Part shown: positions 31,500 through 42,202 of the stretch, in pieces
Numbering within the stretch: the first letter of the stretch is position 1
Layout of the letters: every line of letters begins with the position of its first letter
Origin: an uncultured Methanoregulaceae archaeon
GTDB lineage: Archaea > Halobacteriota > Methanomicrobia > Methanomicrobiales > Methanospirillaceae
Direction of reading: 5' to 3'
NCBI GenBank assembly: GCA_963737635.1
Contig: CAVTTL010000001.1
Location: 64,001-128,000 of the forward strand
DNA length: 64,000 nucleotides
Notes under the pieces: generated by a model
Database searches by the model: none
What the model was told of the DNA's origin: nothing
Seen by the model: only the letters and a program-made list of their open reading frames with translations
Translations under genes and position numbers: made by a program

Positions 31500-32243
31500 T
31501 TATCTTCTCTTTTCGCCCAATACGATAATCACAGTTCCTGTTGCTGCGATGACAATGACCGCAGAAAGTGGGGTCTCCGTGGGCGGTGTTTTCGCAGGAC
31601 TACCGACAGAGGTGAGAACGAGTATCGGCAGCGATGTTGAATTAATCACCGGCACCGGTATGGTCGTGATTGTTGTCGTCGGCAAAGAAGTCGCGAGGGC
31701 ATGGGGTGGGGATAACGTTACTATCGGGGTTGGAACCTGAGTAGGTGTGCCCAGCGCAACACTGACTTCCTGGCTGGGTGCTGCCGGGTTCTGGGCTACA
31801 ATAGAGAATGACTGTGCTGCGGTGGCTTGCGAGGTTCGAAATGCAACGACGCCAATTCCGTTCGAATCCGTGGTTACCTGGGCATAGTAACTGGTATTCG
31901 AGATCGTTGATGACGATGGAGCGACGTCGTCGAGGATCGTACGGCCGCCGCCACCATAATACTGGTAGGATCCAATAGTGTAGGGGCCGTCTGGAGGATC
32001 CTGCACGATATTTAACTGGTTGGATACGATAACCGGTGGCTGTTGACCCGGTTCCCCACTAAGTGAAAAGGTCCCTTTCAACCAGACATAATAGACCGTA
32101 TTCGGTATTCCCGCGATTGTGACCGTGAATGTCTGGCTCCGGGTAACGGAACCTTCGCTTTGGGCACCGGCTGGCGGCAGGATAACGGCAATGAGAAGGA
32201 GGATCAACAAAATCACTCCCGCATATGCACATTTTCTTAACAT
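31500..32243 (-). CDS. Secreted cell-surface protein with one S-layer-glycoprotein-like domain and a C-terminal TM anchor
   Basis: Signal peptide, Thr/Pro stalk, tail TPLSAVIVIAATGTVIIVLGEKRR. Confidence 0.7.
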   Translation of the reverse strand: MLRKCAYAGVILLILLLIAVILPPAGAQSEGSVTRSQTFTVTIAGIPNTVYYVWLKGTFSLSGEPGQQPPVIVSNQLNIVQDPPDGPYTIGSYQYYGGGGRTILDDVAPSSSTISNTSYYAQVTTDSNGIGVVAFRTSQATAAQSFSIVAQNPAAPSQEVSVALGTPTQVPTPIVTLSPPHALATSLPTTTITTIPVPVINSTSLPILVLTSVGSPAKTPPTETPLSAVIVIAATGTVIIVLGEKRR

Positions 32244-32426
32244 ACAAACCTCTCGGAGTGAGCGGTGCTCAAGGGAGAATAAAGCCAGTTTTGGATAAAA
32301 GCATATGCCTCGTTACATAAAAAGACAAGGAGAGTTGCAGGAACTTTGTCTTATCCGAGGAAGATACAGGGGCAGAAATGGTTCCGAGAACTATTTTTAC
32401 TGCATTAGAGATTGTTTAAGAGAAAA

Positions 32427-33806
32427 TTAGCTTCTCCGCTCGATTCTAACCAACGGTGAGCGCCGGGCGAAAAACCCGGCAATAAAGGCTGCAAACTCCT
32501 CCTGCCAGCAGTCCGTACCTTCGAGCACGCACCAGTCTTTCCCCAGCGACTCCCTGACGTGCCGGCCAACACCGACATTTAAGAGGGCCGGGGAGCTGAG
32601 AAGGTCAGCGGCCCGGGTAAACTCCCGGGGCACTTCTGTAACATACCGCCCATTCTCGATGAACGGCCCGGGGAGGGAAGAGGCATGGTACTTCTCCCGG
32701 AACTTGTCCGCGTTTGCCCGGTTCCAGACCGGTGGCCCCTCGTGACGTCGAACCGGCGGAAGCTCATCGATAAGTAACTCGAAGAGCAGCATGCACCGCT
32801 CATTTCCCATATGGTAATGGGCGTGATGAACGACAAAACCGTTCCGGACGAGCAGATCGCAGATCGCGCCGGTGCTCCTTTTCAGCTGGGGTACGACAAT
32901 CTCCTCAATGAAGGGCGGGGTGTTAAACATAACGGCATATAGGGCAGTGACACGGGATTCCAGAAGTGCAGAAAGATCTTCCTGACTGCCGGGACATTCT
33001 CTTGAGAGCGCAAAGAACACTTCCGACGGCGCCTCCTGGTAGCCTCGAGCCAGTTCGACAAACTCGGCCATCCGGTCCAGCGAGACTGCCGCCGCTACAT
33101 TTCTTCGGGGATCGACCGGATCGATCACGATCAGGGGCTCGCAGAACTCTTTTGCCGCATGCTGCTCGATATCGATCACGGCAGGCGGACGCCATTCTGC
33201 CGCCGCGGCAAGGAGCGGGCCAAATCCACCGTAAAAGAGGATAAGAAGCTCACAAAGATAACCTGAGAACCCCTCGGTCATCTGATCGGAGCCATAGATT
33301 CCCCCGGCCTTTGCGAACTGCTTGAGGAGAAGAACGTCGTCAGTAAGTCCGTTGATCTTCTCTGTTATATACCGGGTATGGAACGGGGTCCTGTCGACCG
33401 CACTCTGAATACAAGAGGCACTTGGGACATTGTAGCACGGCACGAGGTCCACATCAATCGAATCGATCGTGGCATTAATGTAAGGGTGTTCAGCGTACTT
33501 CTCACGGAATGTTTTGGTGAACTTCCGCGCTATGCTGCGGGCAAGAGCGAGTCCCACTCCTTCGAGAGTCTCACGGGGCAAATACGGGGGGAAAAGCAGG
33601 AATACGTCAAGGTCCCGGTCTCCTCTGACCCATGTGTTCCGCGCAATGGAGCCGACCACCATCCCCTCTGCCTTCCCACTCTCGGCAATCGCGGCAAGCA
33701 GACGGCCTGCAACACCAGCAACAAACTCGCGCTCCTCTGCAGACGGCCTGAGCTGCTCTGCTAGAATACGCTCTTCAAGCGGCAGGTGCCCGGTCCCACT
33801 CACCAT
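32427..33806 (-). CDS. cca: CCA tRNA nucleotidyltransferase (archaeal)
   Basis: GSIARNTWVRGDRDLDVF, YAEHPY, SAVDRTPFH, GFSGYLCELL, DPVDPRRNVAAA. Confidence 0.95.
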   Translation of the reverse strand: MVSGTGHLPLEERILAEQLRPSAEEREFVAGVAGRLLAAIAESGKAEGMVVGSIARNTWVRGDRDLDVFLLFPPYLPRETLEGVGLALARSIARKFTKTFREKYAEHPYINATIDSIDVDLVPCYNVPSASCIQSAVDRTPFHTRYITEKINGLTDDVLLLKQFAKAGGIYGSDQMTEGFSGYLCELLILFYGGFGPLLAAAAEWRPPAVIDIEQHAAKEFCEPLIVIDPVDPRRNVAAAVSLDRMAEFVELARGYQEAPSEVFFALSRECPGSQEDLSALLESRVTALYAVMFNTPPFIEEIVVPQLKRSTGAICDLLVRNGFVVHHAHYHMGNERCMLLFELLIDELPPVRRHEGPPVWNRANADKFREKYHASSLPGPFIENGRYVTEVPREFTRAADLLSSPALLNVGVGRHVRESLGKDWCVLEGTDCWQEEFAAFIAGFFARRSPLVRIERRS

Positions 33807-34351
33807 ACCACCTCACAAAGATCCTCGTACACCGGGCCGCGGCGTGTGAGTGTGCTCTTCTTAAGTTTCAGGCCGGTAATCATGCAGCTGCCAAATGTCG
33901 CATTTTTCAGTTCGTCAAGGCATCGGGAGAGCGAAGGATCCGCCTCCTTCATACGGGCAAGTGTGGCATGAGGGGTAAAACCCCGCTTTTCGTAGGGAAC
34001 ACCGAGCGGTGCCAGAGCTGTTTCCACTGCAGAAAAAACCTCCCCCCCTCTTCCGGCGTCATCTATCGCGCACCAGACGGTGTGGGGTCGTGTCGGATTA
34101 TTGACTGTGATCCTGCCGCTCTTGATGGGAAAAGATTCTGTCCGCAGAGATCGAAGCGCCGCAGCCACATCTGGGATCTTCTTTTCGTCCACCTCACCGA
34201 GGAACTTCACCGTGATATGGATAAGTGCAGGATCGACGAACGTGAGCCGGGCTGTGCTTTTCTTCAGTACGGTCTGCGCCACCGCCAGTTGCTGTCTCAT
34301 TTCCGGTGACACTTCGAATGCCACAAACGCCCTGACCATCACGGTACTCAT
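33800..34351 (-). CDS. thpR: RNA 2',3'-cyclic phosphodiesterase (2H family)
   Basis: RAFVAF, HITVKFLGE, FTPHATLAR, STLTRRGPVY. Confidence 0.93.
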   Translation of the reverse strand: MSTVMVRAFVAFEVSPEMRQQLAVAQTVLKKSTARLTFVDPALIHITVKFLGEVDEKKIPDVAAALRSLRTESFPIKSGRITVNNPTRPHTVWCAIDDAGRGGEVFSAVETALAPLGVPYEKRGFTPHATLARMKEADPSLSRCLDELKNATFGSCMITGLKLKKSTLTRRGPVYEDLCEVVW

Positions 34352-34480
34352 TATTCATCCATCTACAAATGGTGATCGCTGGAGGGGTGCAAGCATAGAA
34401 GTGTCATGCAAAGGTGTTAAACCACGATTCTTTTATTTCCAAAATGCGTAGTGCTAGATAGATAACTAAGGGTGTTTTTT

Positions 34481-34750
34481 ATGCCGAAAACCGTGCCGTT
34501 GATCGTCTATTCCTTGGAAACCTGCCCGCACTGTGTAATACTTAAGAATTCTTTAAAGAAGGGCGGATACGCATTTTCCGAGCGCGACCTGTCAACTGCT
34601 GAGGCCCTCACTGAGCTTAGGGTAAACGGCGTCTTTGTTAACGAAGCGCCTGTTCTCCAGCGGGGCGACGATTTCTACACGACCGATGACCTTTTCTCTG
34701 GCGGGATGTTGGACGAAAAGAAACTCAGCGCGATACTCTCGGGGGCATAA
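34481..34750 (+). CDS. nrdH: NrdH-like glutaredoxin
   Basis: CPHC motif; stop overlaps the nrdD start (TAATG). Confidence 0.8.
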   Translation: MPKTVPLIVYSLETCPHCVILKNSLKKGGYAFSERDLSTAEALTELRVNGVFVNEAPVLQRGDDFYTTDDLFSGGMLDEKKLSAILSGA

Positions 34751-36933
34751 TGGCGCGACGGGAGACCCTGCAGCAGACTCTTGACGGCAGCTTTTCCCCG
34801 GCCCTCCCTTTTGTCCGGACAACCGATGGCCACATCATTGAGTGGGACCGGAACCGGATTGCCGAACAGATTATAAAAGAGACGAAGCTCGTCGAGACGT
34901 TCTATGGGTACAAGGGCGCGGACCATGCGACTGCCCAGGAAATCGCCCGGCTGGTCGAGCAGCGCATCTTTGCTCTGGGCTTAAAATCGCTCTCGGGCCC
35001 GCTCATCCGGGAGATTATGAACATCACTCTCCTCGAGAAAGGCATGGTACAGGTACAGGAACGTCTGCACCCGGGTCGGTACACCGGTCTACGACGCGCA
35101 CCAGATCGATGTAGGTAAGGGATTCGAATCTCACGAGAACGCAAACCTCCAGGAAAATGCCGAAACCTCGCATAAAAAGAAGGCTGACAAGATCTCAAAG
35201 GAGCAATACCTCCTCCAGCTTCCTCCGGATCTAGCCGACCATCATCTCTGTGGCGAGATGCATATCCACGATCTTGAATATTTCGGGACACGCCCGTTCT
35301 GTCAGGACTGGGATCTTCGGTACTTTTTCTACTACGGTCTCATGCCGGACGGTAACGGGACGAAGGCCTCTGTCGCTGGCCCGGCAAAAAGGGCGGAGGT
35401 TGCAATCCTCCATGCCGTAAAAGCGCTTGGCAGCGCCCAGACAAACTTTGCCGGTGGGCAGGGTTATTACAATTTCCTGACTTTCCTCGCACCGTATATG
35501 GAGGGCATGGGGTATGAAGAGATCCGGCAGAACATGCAGATGTTTGTCTATGAGATGACACAGATGATGGTCGCACGGGGGGGCCAGCTCGTATTTTCTT
35601 CGGTACAGCTCTCCCCGGGTGTCCCGGCGCTCTGGCAGGATAAACCCTGCATCTATAAAGGGAAAGTCTGGGACGGGAAGCAAGCGCCACGCCGCACCTA
35701 CGGCGAATTCGAGCGGGAAGTCCGCATGCTCTTTAAAGCACTCATGGAGGTGATGATTGAAGGAGATTACTGGGGCAAGCCGTTCAATTTCCCAAAACCC
35801 GAGATCAGCATCGAGCCGGACTTCATGAACGAACGCGAAGCGTTCAACCGTGCCTACCCGGACCTCCCGACCTACCGGGATCTGTATCTTATGACCTTCG
35901 AACTTGCGTCCAAGTTCGGAACGCCATACTACGACAACCAGCTCCCGGCATACCGGGGAGCGGGAAAAGGCATCTCATGTTACCAGTGCTGTGCCTACCA
36001 GTTTTCCGCTGTAGCCGACAAAGACTCAGATTTTGACAAAAAACTGTTCTTCGAGGATGGCCGGCACTTTTCGATGGGTTCATGGCAGGTGGTCTCGGTG
36101 AACTGCCCACGTGCCGCATACAAGGCAGAAGGAAACGATGATCGGCTCTTCGCCGAACTTCGGTCCCTTATGGATGTGGCTATCGAGCTCTTCCGGATCA
36201 AGCGCCGGTGGATGGACATAATCCGGGCAAACGGCCGGATGCCGTTTGCAATGCAGCGCCCAAAAGACCCCAATACCGGGGATTGTGGGGCTATCGCAGT
36301 CGATCTCGAAGGTCTTGTGTACACGATCGGTGTTGTCGGCGTAAACGAGATGGTCCAGCACCACATCGGTAAACAGACCCATGAGTCAAAGGCTGCATTC
36401 AAGCTGGCCGTCCGCGCAATGACCGAGATGGAGCTCTACGCCCGCACCCTCTCTGAGAAAAACCATATGACGATTGCCCTTGCCCGGACCCGGCAGAGAC
36501 GACCGGGCAGCGGTTTGCTGTTGCAGATCTTATCGACCGGCGCTACCACGATGCTGCTGCAAAAGTGATTAAGGGCGACCTCGAGTACGCACTCGAAAAC
36601 CTCGGAAAGACCCGGGATCTCCCCATCTACTACACGAACGGGACACATGTTGCGCCGGGCGCCGATGTCCCGCTCACGAAACGTATGGAAATCGAGAATG
36701 TCTTTTTCCCAATCGTTGACGGGGGGAATATCTTCCATATATGGCTCGGCGAGGCCCGACCGGATCCCCGCGGTCTCATGGACATGGCGATGAACCTCTG
36801 CCGGAACACGCAGATCGGCTACTTCGCATTCACCCGGGATCTCACCGTTTCGCTCAGGCAGTTCCGCGAAGACCGGCATGGCAGGAAAACAATCGAAGCG
36901 GGGACACCTTCAGACATCCCGGTTAAAGCATAA
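34750..36933 (+). CDS. nrdD: Class III ribonucleoside-triphosphate reductase with ATP cone, lacking the C-terminal Zn/glycyl-radical domain (indels near 35052 and 36490)
   Basis: ATP cone (VRTTDGHIIEWDRNRI), HIHDL, FAGGQG, FPKP, YQCCAY, GSWQVVSVNCPR, TPAE after frame repair, YYTNGTH, GGNIFHIW. Confidence 0.9.
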
Positions 36934-37007
36934 TCCTAGTATTTGCTTCTGGAAAAACCTGCGATAAAAAATTGCAGAAGAGAATATTCATTAACCATGA
37001 CGGCTTT

Positions 37008-37811
37008 TCACGGAACCGTTGCAGGTGTACGGGATCGGACAGCGCAATCGGTAGGTATCGCTGACGGAATCCTAGTAAGGCAGATACCGATACAGTCCGC
37101 GGCCTCGCCCGTCAGTGCATAACGGGAATACCGCCCATCTTTTCTCACCCGGAGAATCCCATCGCAGATCAACCGTTTCACATGCCAGGTAATTGTCGGT
37201 CCTGAAACTGCAAGCGCCTGTTCGAGATCCGTTCGGGTACTCTCTGGTGCAGCGACAATCAGGCTGATGATCTTCTTTTCCATATCGTGACCGAGGTGAT
37301 GGAGGACTTTCTGTTCAATCTCGTCGTACCGGCCATTGTTCTCAAAATAACTGGTCCTCCCTTTTACCTTATGTGCAACGATCTTTCTCTGGGCGCAAAG
37401 AAGTGCGAGGTGATAGGTCAGTGCACCCCGGGAAAGTGAAAGCTGTTGCTGCAGGGCCGGGAAACTGATCCCCGGGAACCCGATAATGACCTGGTAGATT
37501 CCACACCGTGCACCTTGCTCAAGTATATTGCTTCTTAAAATCCGCCGGAATCCCAGAAATGCGTATATTTTACATGCAAAAAAAACTTCAAGCGGGATGA
37601 CACAGATGGGGCATAGGAAAAGTGCCACGACAATTGCCATCTCCTGCAACGAGAGATCCCAGAAACTGATCGGCACGAGATCGGAAGCAGATGTCCCGGT
37701 CGACCCATATGCCGGTGTGACGCTGTATTCTCCAGACAACGCTGCAGCAGGAACACCTAAAGAGAGCACCAGTATAAGAAAAACACTGGCAACAATGAAT
37801 GCCTGCTTCAT
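37008..37811 (-). CDS. Membrane-anchored double winged-helix transcriptional regulator
   Basis: Signal peptide plus TM, then PGISF..LTYHL and SGPTITWHVKRL wHTH motifs. Confidence 0.8.
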   Translation of the reverse strand: MKQAFIVASVFLILVLSLGVPAAALSGEYSVTPAYGSTGTSASDLVPISFWDLSLQEMAIVVALFLCPICVIPLEVFFACKIYAFLGFRRILRSNILEQGARCGIYQVIIGFPGISFPALQQQLSLSRGALTYHLALLCAQRKIVAHKVKGRTSYFENNGRYDEIEQKVLHHLGHDMEKKIISLIVAAPESTRTDLEQALAVSGPTITWHVKRLICDGILRVRKDGRYSRYALTGEAADCIGICLTRIPSAIPTDCAVRSRTPATVP

Positions 37812-37833
37812 TATGCCCGGAATTTTCTTTTAT

Positions 37834-38337
37834 TCAATTATCAGGCTTGTGGTCGAACAAACTTGCGTTACTCCATGGATACTGTCCGGCACTCCCGATC
37901 TCGATCGTCCGGTTACTATGAGCAATAAATTTCCAGCGACCGGGGGTCAGATTGTCATGCCCGTCGATCCTCAGGTAAATCCTGCCGTCAAGTTTCCCAT
38001 CGGAAATATCGGTATAAGGACCAAATACCCGGTCTGGCGTTATGATCGATAGGGAGAGTGAATCGGCCGGATCCCCGCTGTTAAGATCCACCAGAATATA
38101 TGGCGTATCCGGTGACACGTTTATCGCAAAGATTGAGGTATGTCCTCCAAATGGCAGGGATGTCCCAAAAAAATCCGGATCGCCGATGCGGATTCCCGTA
38201 TCTGCCGGCGCGGAGGGCCGATCAAAAGGTACTAAAATTAGCGTAGCAACGATACCGGCCATGAGTATTATCCCCAATAAATAAAGGATCATGGATCTCC
38301 GGGTACGTTTCATGAAATGAACTTTTCCTGATCTCAT
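37834..38337 (-). CDS. Secreted/membrane-anchored hypothetical protein (PPC-like beta domain)
   Basis: N-terminal TM; LSLSIITPD..GPYTDISDGKLDGRI..LTPGRW. Confidence 0.65.
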   Translation of the reverse strand: MRSGKVHFMKRTRRSMILYLLGIILMAGIVATLILVPFDRPSAPADTGIRIGDPDFFGTSLPFGGHTSIFAINVSPDTPYILVDLNSGDPADSLSLSIITPDRVFGPYTDISDGKLDGRIYLRIDGHDNLTPGRWKFIAHSNRTIEIGSAGQYPWSNASLFDHKPDN

Positions 38338-38493
38338 ATTAGTGTTTCTTTTTATTTGTCAGGCCGACACAAAGATTTTTCAAAATACAACATGTAGAGG
38401 AATTGCCCATAAATCGTTTAAATAGCCGAATCGATGCTCCGGGCAACTAGAGTGTGTCAGCCGCAGACTGCACACTATTGTTGGTGAACAAAC

Positions 38494-39036
38494 ATGACAG
38501 GAGACAGGAACAGTAAAATGAGACAAAAACCATGGGGAGCAGTCGTGGTCGGCATCGGAATTATCTGTGTCGTCATTGTAGTGCTCTTCCTTTCCGGCAT
38601 AGGTTCAGAAATTCTGAAAAACGGCAGCGGGACTCCCGATGTGTCATCGGTGACATCCCCAGCGATGCAAAATCAGCAACCGGTCACTCAGGCAGTGCCA
38701 AATTCGCAGTCAACGGCCGTAAATCCATCTGCTACGATAATTCCACCACCGACACCAGTACCGGTGCCGGGAACCGGTGTCTATGTCTGGGTCGGGTACT
38801 TTGGGGAATATACAGGGAGTTATACGGCAAATGGCGTTACCCAGGAAATTAAAAGTTCGGGATTCCATATTTATTCCATCGATCAACCATCCGGGACCAT
38901 AACGGCCTCGTTTGAAAAATCAGACAATACAATTAAGCACAATCTGACTGTTGAGATCTGGAAAAACGGCGTGGACCTTGCCTCAAACGTGACATACGCC
39001 CCCTTCGGGACGGTGAGCGTCAGTGCAAACGTGTGA
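38494..39036 (+). CDS. Membrane-anchored hypothetical protein
   Basis: N-terminal TM, Pro/Thr linker, beta-rich C-domain. Confidence 0.7.
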   Translation: MTGDRNSKMRQKPWGAVVVGIGIICVVIVVLFLSGIGSEILKNGSGTPDVSSVTSPAMQNQQPVTQAVPNSQSTAVNPSATIIPPPTPVPVPGTGVYVWVGYFGEYTGSYTANGVTQEIKSSGFHIYSIDQPSGTITASFEKSDNTIKHNLTVEIWKNGVDLASNVTYAPFGTVSVSANV

Positions 39037-39301
39037 CAGGTTTATCTCTTAATTATGCTCATGACAATTCCAAGTGATCGCCTAAGGACTGGGTCGTATA
39101 TCTATTTCTGACGTTATGCCGACAGGAAATCTTTAAAGCATCATATAAAACACAAAAGACTATACAGATCGTGGAGGCACTTTCGTAGCACCGATTGATT
39201 TTACCGATCTTCGGAGTGAAAATAACAGAAGAGAGATCCTCTCTGTCCCGGTGCTTTCATCATCTGGCAGAACAAGAATAATCCATCAATTAAGTACCTC
39301 T

Positions 39302-40288
39302 ATGGATGCAGAAATTACTCTCCTGACAGACCAGGCAAAGGAATATGCCCGAACGCTGGATACTCTCCGCAACGAGATGAAAACGGTGATCGTCGGCCAA
39401 AGCGATGTGATCGATCGCCTCCTGATCGCGCTCTGTGCCAATGGCCACGTGCTCCTCGAAGGGGTACCCGGAATCGCAAAGACACTGACGATAAAAACCC
39501 TCTCGCAGTGCATTGACTGCAGTTTTGTACGGATCCAGTTCACCCCGGATCTTCTCCCTGCCGACATCATGGGGACAAAGATCTACAACCAGAAAGATTC
39601 GACATTTTCCACCATCAAAGGACCGGTCTTTGCCCATTTCGTGCTTGCCGATGAGATCAACCGGGCCCCGCCCAAAGTCCAGTCGGCGCTGCTCGAGGCG
39701 ATGCAGGAGCGGCAGGTGACCATCCAAGGTGAAACCCATATCCTTGCCCGGCCGTTCTTTGTGCTGGCAACCGAAAATCCGATCGAGTCTGAAGGTACCT
39801 ACCCGCTTCCGGAGGCTCAGGTCGACCGTTTTATGTTCAAAGTGCTCATGACCTATCCAAGTAAGGACGAAGAGATCATGGTGCTCGACCGGTTCACCCA
39901 GGGAACCGAAATCATCCCACGAAAAGTGGTCACCACCGAGAAGATCAATGAGATTCAGGAATTCACGCAGAAGATATATGCGGATGCTGCGATCAAACGC
40001 TATGCCTGCGAACTGGTGGATGCAACCCGGCATCCGGACATCTGCGGCATCGAAGAAGCCAGGTACGTAGCGCTCGGTGCTTCACCCCGCGCATCTATCT
40101 TTCTGATCCTTGGCGGCAAGGCATATGCCCTGCTTAACGGCCGCGGCTATGTGATCCCCGAAGACATTAAGGCTGTGGCCCATGAGGTCCTTCGTCACCG
40201 GATTCTCCGGACGTACGAAGGAGAAGCCGATGGGATCACGACCGATGCAATCATCGACCGTATTCTCGATGTTGTGAAAATTCCGTGA
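39302..40288 (+). CDS. moxR: MoxR-family AAA+ ATPase
   Basis: LLEGVPGIAKT, RIQFTPDLLPAD, ADEINRAPPKVQSALLEAMQE, GTYPLPEAQVDRF. Confidence 0.95.
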   Translation: MDAEITLLTDQAKEYARTLDTLRNEMKTVIVGQSDVIDRLLIALCANGHVLLEGVPGIAKTLTIKTLSQCIDCSFVRIQFTPDLLPADIMGTKIYNQKDSTFSTIKGPVFAHFVLADEINRAPPKVQSALLEAMQERQVTIQGETHILARPFFVLATENPIESEGTYPLPEAQVDRFMFKVLMTYPSKDEEIMVLDRFTQGTEIIPRKVVTTEKINEIQEFTQKIYADAAIKRYACELVDATRHPDICGIEEARYVALGASPRASIFLILGGKAYALLNGRGYVIPEDIKAVAHEVLRHRILRTYEGEADGITTDAIIDRILDVVKIP

Positions 40289-40357
40289 TTGCCATGGCGC
40301 ATGCAAAGCGAGGCAGACCTTTCACGATAGAAGTCCGGCCAGTAAGAGACTCCAAAA

Positions 40358-41269
40358 ATGCCGGTGATACTCATGGATAATCGCGCAGAATTGATCCGCC
40401 AGATCAAAAAGATCGATCTCGCAACCGGTTTCCTGGTGGAAGGGCTCCAGGCAGGACTTCACCATTCCGTCTTTAAAGGACAGGGAATCGAATTTACTGA
40501 GATCCGGGAATATGTTCCCGGGGATGATATCCGGTCGATCGACTGGAAGGTAACAGCACGGTACAACCACCCGTTCATCAAGGAATTTACCGAGGAACGG
40601 GACCAGACCTTCTATTTTGTCATCGATATCTCCGGTTCTTCCGGCTTTGGTTCGACCGTAACCAAACAGATAAAGATTCTCGAAGTGACGGCGAGTCTTG
40701 CATTTGCTGCAATCAGGAATAATGACCGGGTCGGTCTTATGCTCTTCTCCGATCAGGTGGAAAAATTTATCCCGGCAAAACGGGGCAGGAAACACTTGGC
40801 CGGGCTTTTCAACGAGATGATCGATCACAAGGCGGCCTCGAAAAAGACCGATCTCGCTGTCGCGGCAAGGTATCTCGCAAATATCCTTTCCCGCCGGACC
40901 TCAGTCATCATTCTCTCTGATTTTGCTTCTCCTTCATTCTTTTTGCCGCTGCGAATCCTGCAGCGCCGGCATGAGGTTATAGCGATCAGGGTCGTCGACC
41001 CGCGCGAACAGGACCTGCCTGATGTAGGCCTTATCGAACTCGAAGACCCTGAGACCGGAGAACAGGTGCTTGTTGATACATCGGACCCGGTTTTCCGGCA
41101 GCGGTACCGTGAACTGGTGGCTGAATCCGACAAGAGACTACATGCAGATTTTGCACGGAACCGGATTGAGGAAGTTACGCTTTCAACTGATGAGCCTTAC
41201 GATGTTCCCTTAAAAGAGTTTTTCAGGGGTGTTTCAAAAAGGAGGCGGGATCATGCCAGGATTGTATGA
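40358..41269 (+). CDS. DUF58 domain protein
   Basis: GIEFTEIREYVPGDDIRSIDWKVTAR, IILSDF. Confidence 0.92.
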   Translation: MPVILMDNRAELIRQIKKIDLATGFLVEGLQAGLHHSVFKGQGIEFTEIREYVPGDDIRSIDWKVTARYNHPFIKEFTEERDQTFYFVIDISGSSGFGSTVTKQIKILEVTASLAFAAIRNNDRVGLMLFSDQVEKFIPAKRGRKHLAGLFNEMIDHKAASKKTDLAVAARYLANILSRRTSVIILSDFASPSFFLPLRILQRRHEVIAIRVVDPREQDLPDVGLIELEDPETGEQVLVDTSDPVFRQRYRELVAESDKRLHADFARNRIEEVTLSTDEPYDVPLKEFFRGVSKRRRDHARIV

Positions 41270-42202
41270 GCCGATCTGGCTCCTTGTGCTGCTGGTGATC
41301 CCGGTCCTCGCCGGGCTCTATTACTACATTATCCGGAAAAAGAAGAAGGAAGCGATCGCATTTTCCCGGGTTGCGTTTGCGAAGTCAGCCCTTGGGGATG
41401 CACAGAGATCAAAACGTTCGCACATCCTCTTTGTAGTGGCTCTTGCAACCATCGCTCTTCTGGTAATCGGCCTTGCCGATCCCCACATCCCGCTTGCACA
41501 GACAAAAGAAGGAACGAACGTGATCCTCGTGATCGATGATTCCGGGAGCATGCAGGCCACCGATTATCAGCCGTCCCGTATCGAAGCAGCAAAGAGCCAG
41601 CCGAACAGCTTGTTGGAAATCTCGGCCCGGAGGACGCGGCCGGTGTCATTCTCTTTGACACCGGCGCGACCACGGTCGCGTACCTGAGCCAAGACAAAAC
41701 GCGGGTTGAAGAAAAGATTGCCGGTATTGCTCCCAGTCCTGGCTCGACCGCAATCGGTGACGGCCTTGCTCTTGCCGTCGACATGGCCCAGTCGGCACCG
41801 GATAAGAAAAGCGTCATTATCCTGCTTTCGGACGGGGTTAACAATGCGGGCCTGATCACACCTGATGAGGCAACTGCGCTTGCAAAATCCGCCGGCATCC
41901 AGGTTGACACGATCGGCATTGGGACTACCACACAGACCGTCCTCGGCTACGACTGGGTGGGCAACCCGGAATATGCTGGTCTCAACGAATCTGCCCTTGA
42001 GTCCATCGCAGATCAGACCGGGGGCAAATACTACAAATCGGTCGATGCGCAGACCTTAAAAGAAATCTATACCAACCTGAAGCCGGGTACTGAACCTGTA
42101 GCTGAAGAGACCAGTATCAAGGACTGGTTCATTTTTGCTGCGCTCGTCCTGCTCTGCGCAGAATTCTGGCTCCGTTACGGCGGAGGGAGGATTATCCAGT
42201 GA
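41253..42202 (+). CDS. BatA-like VWA domain membrane protein (1-nt deletion near 41597)
   Basis: N-terminal TMs, MIDAS DDSGSM, TAIGDG, LLSDG, C-terminal TM. Confidence 0.88.
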
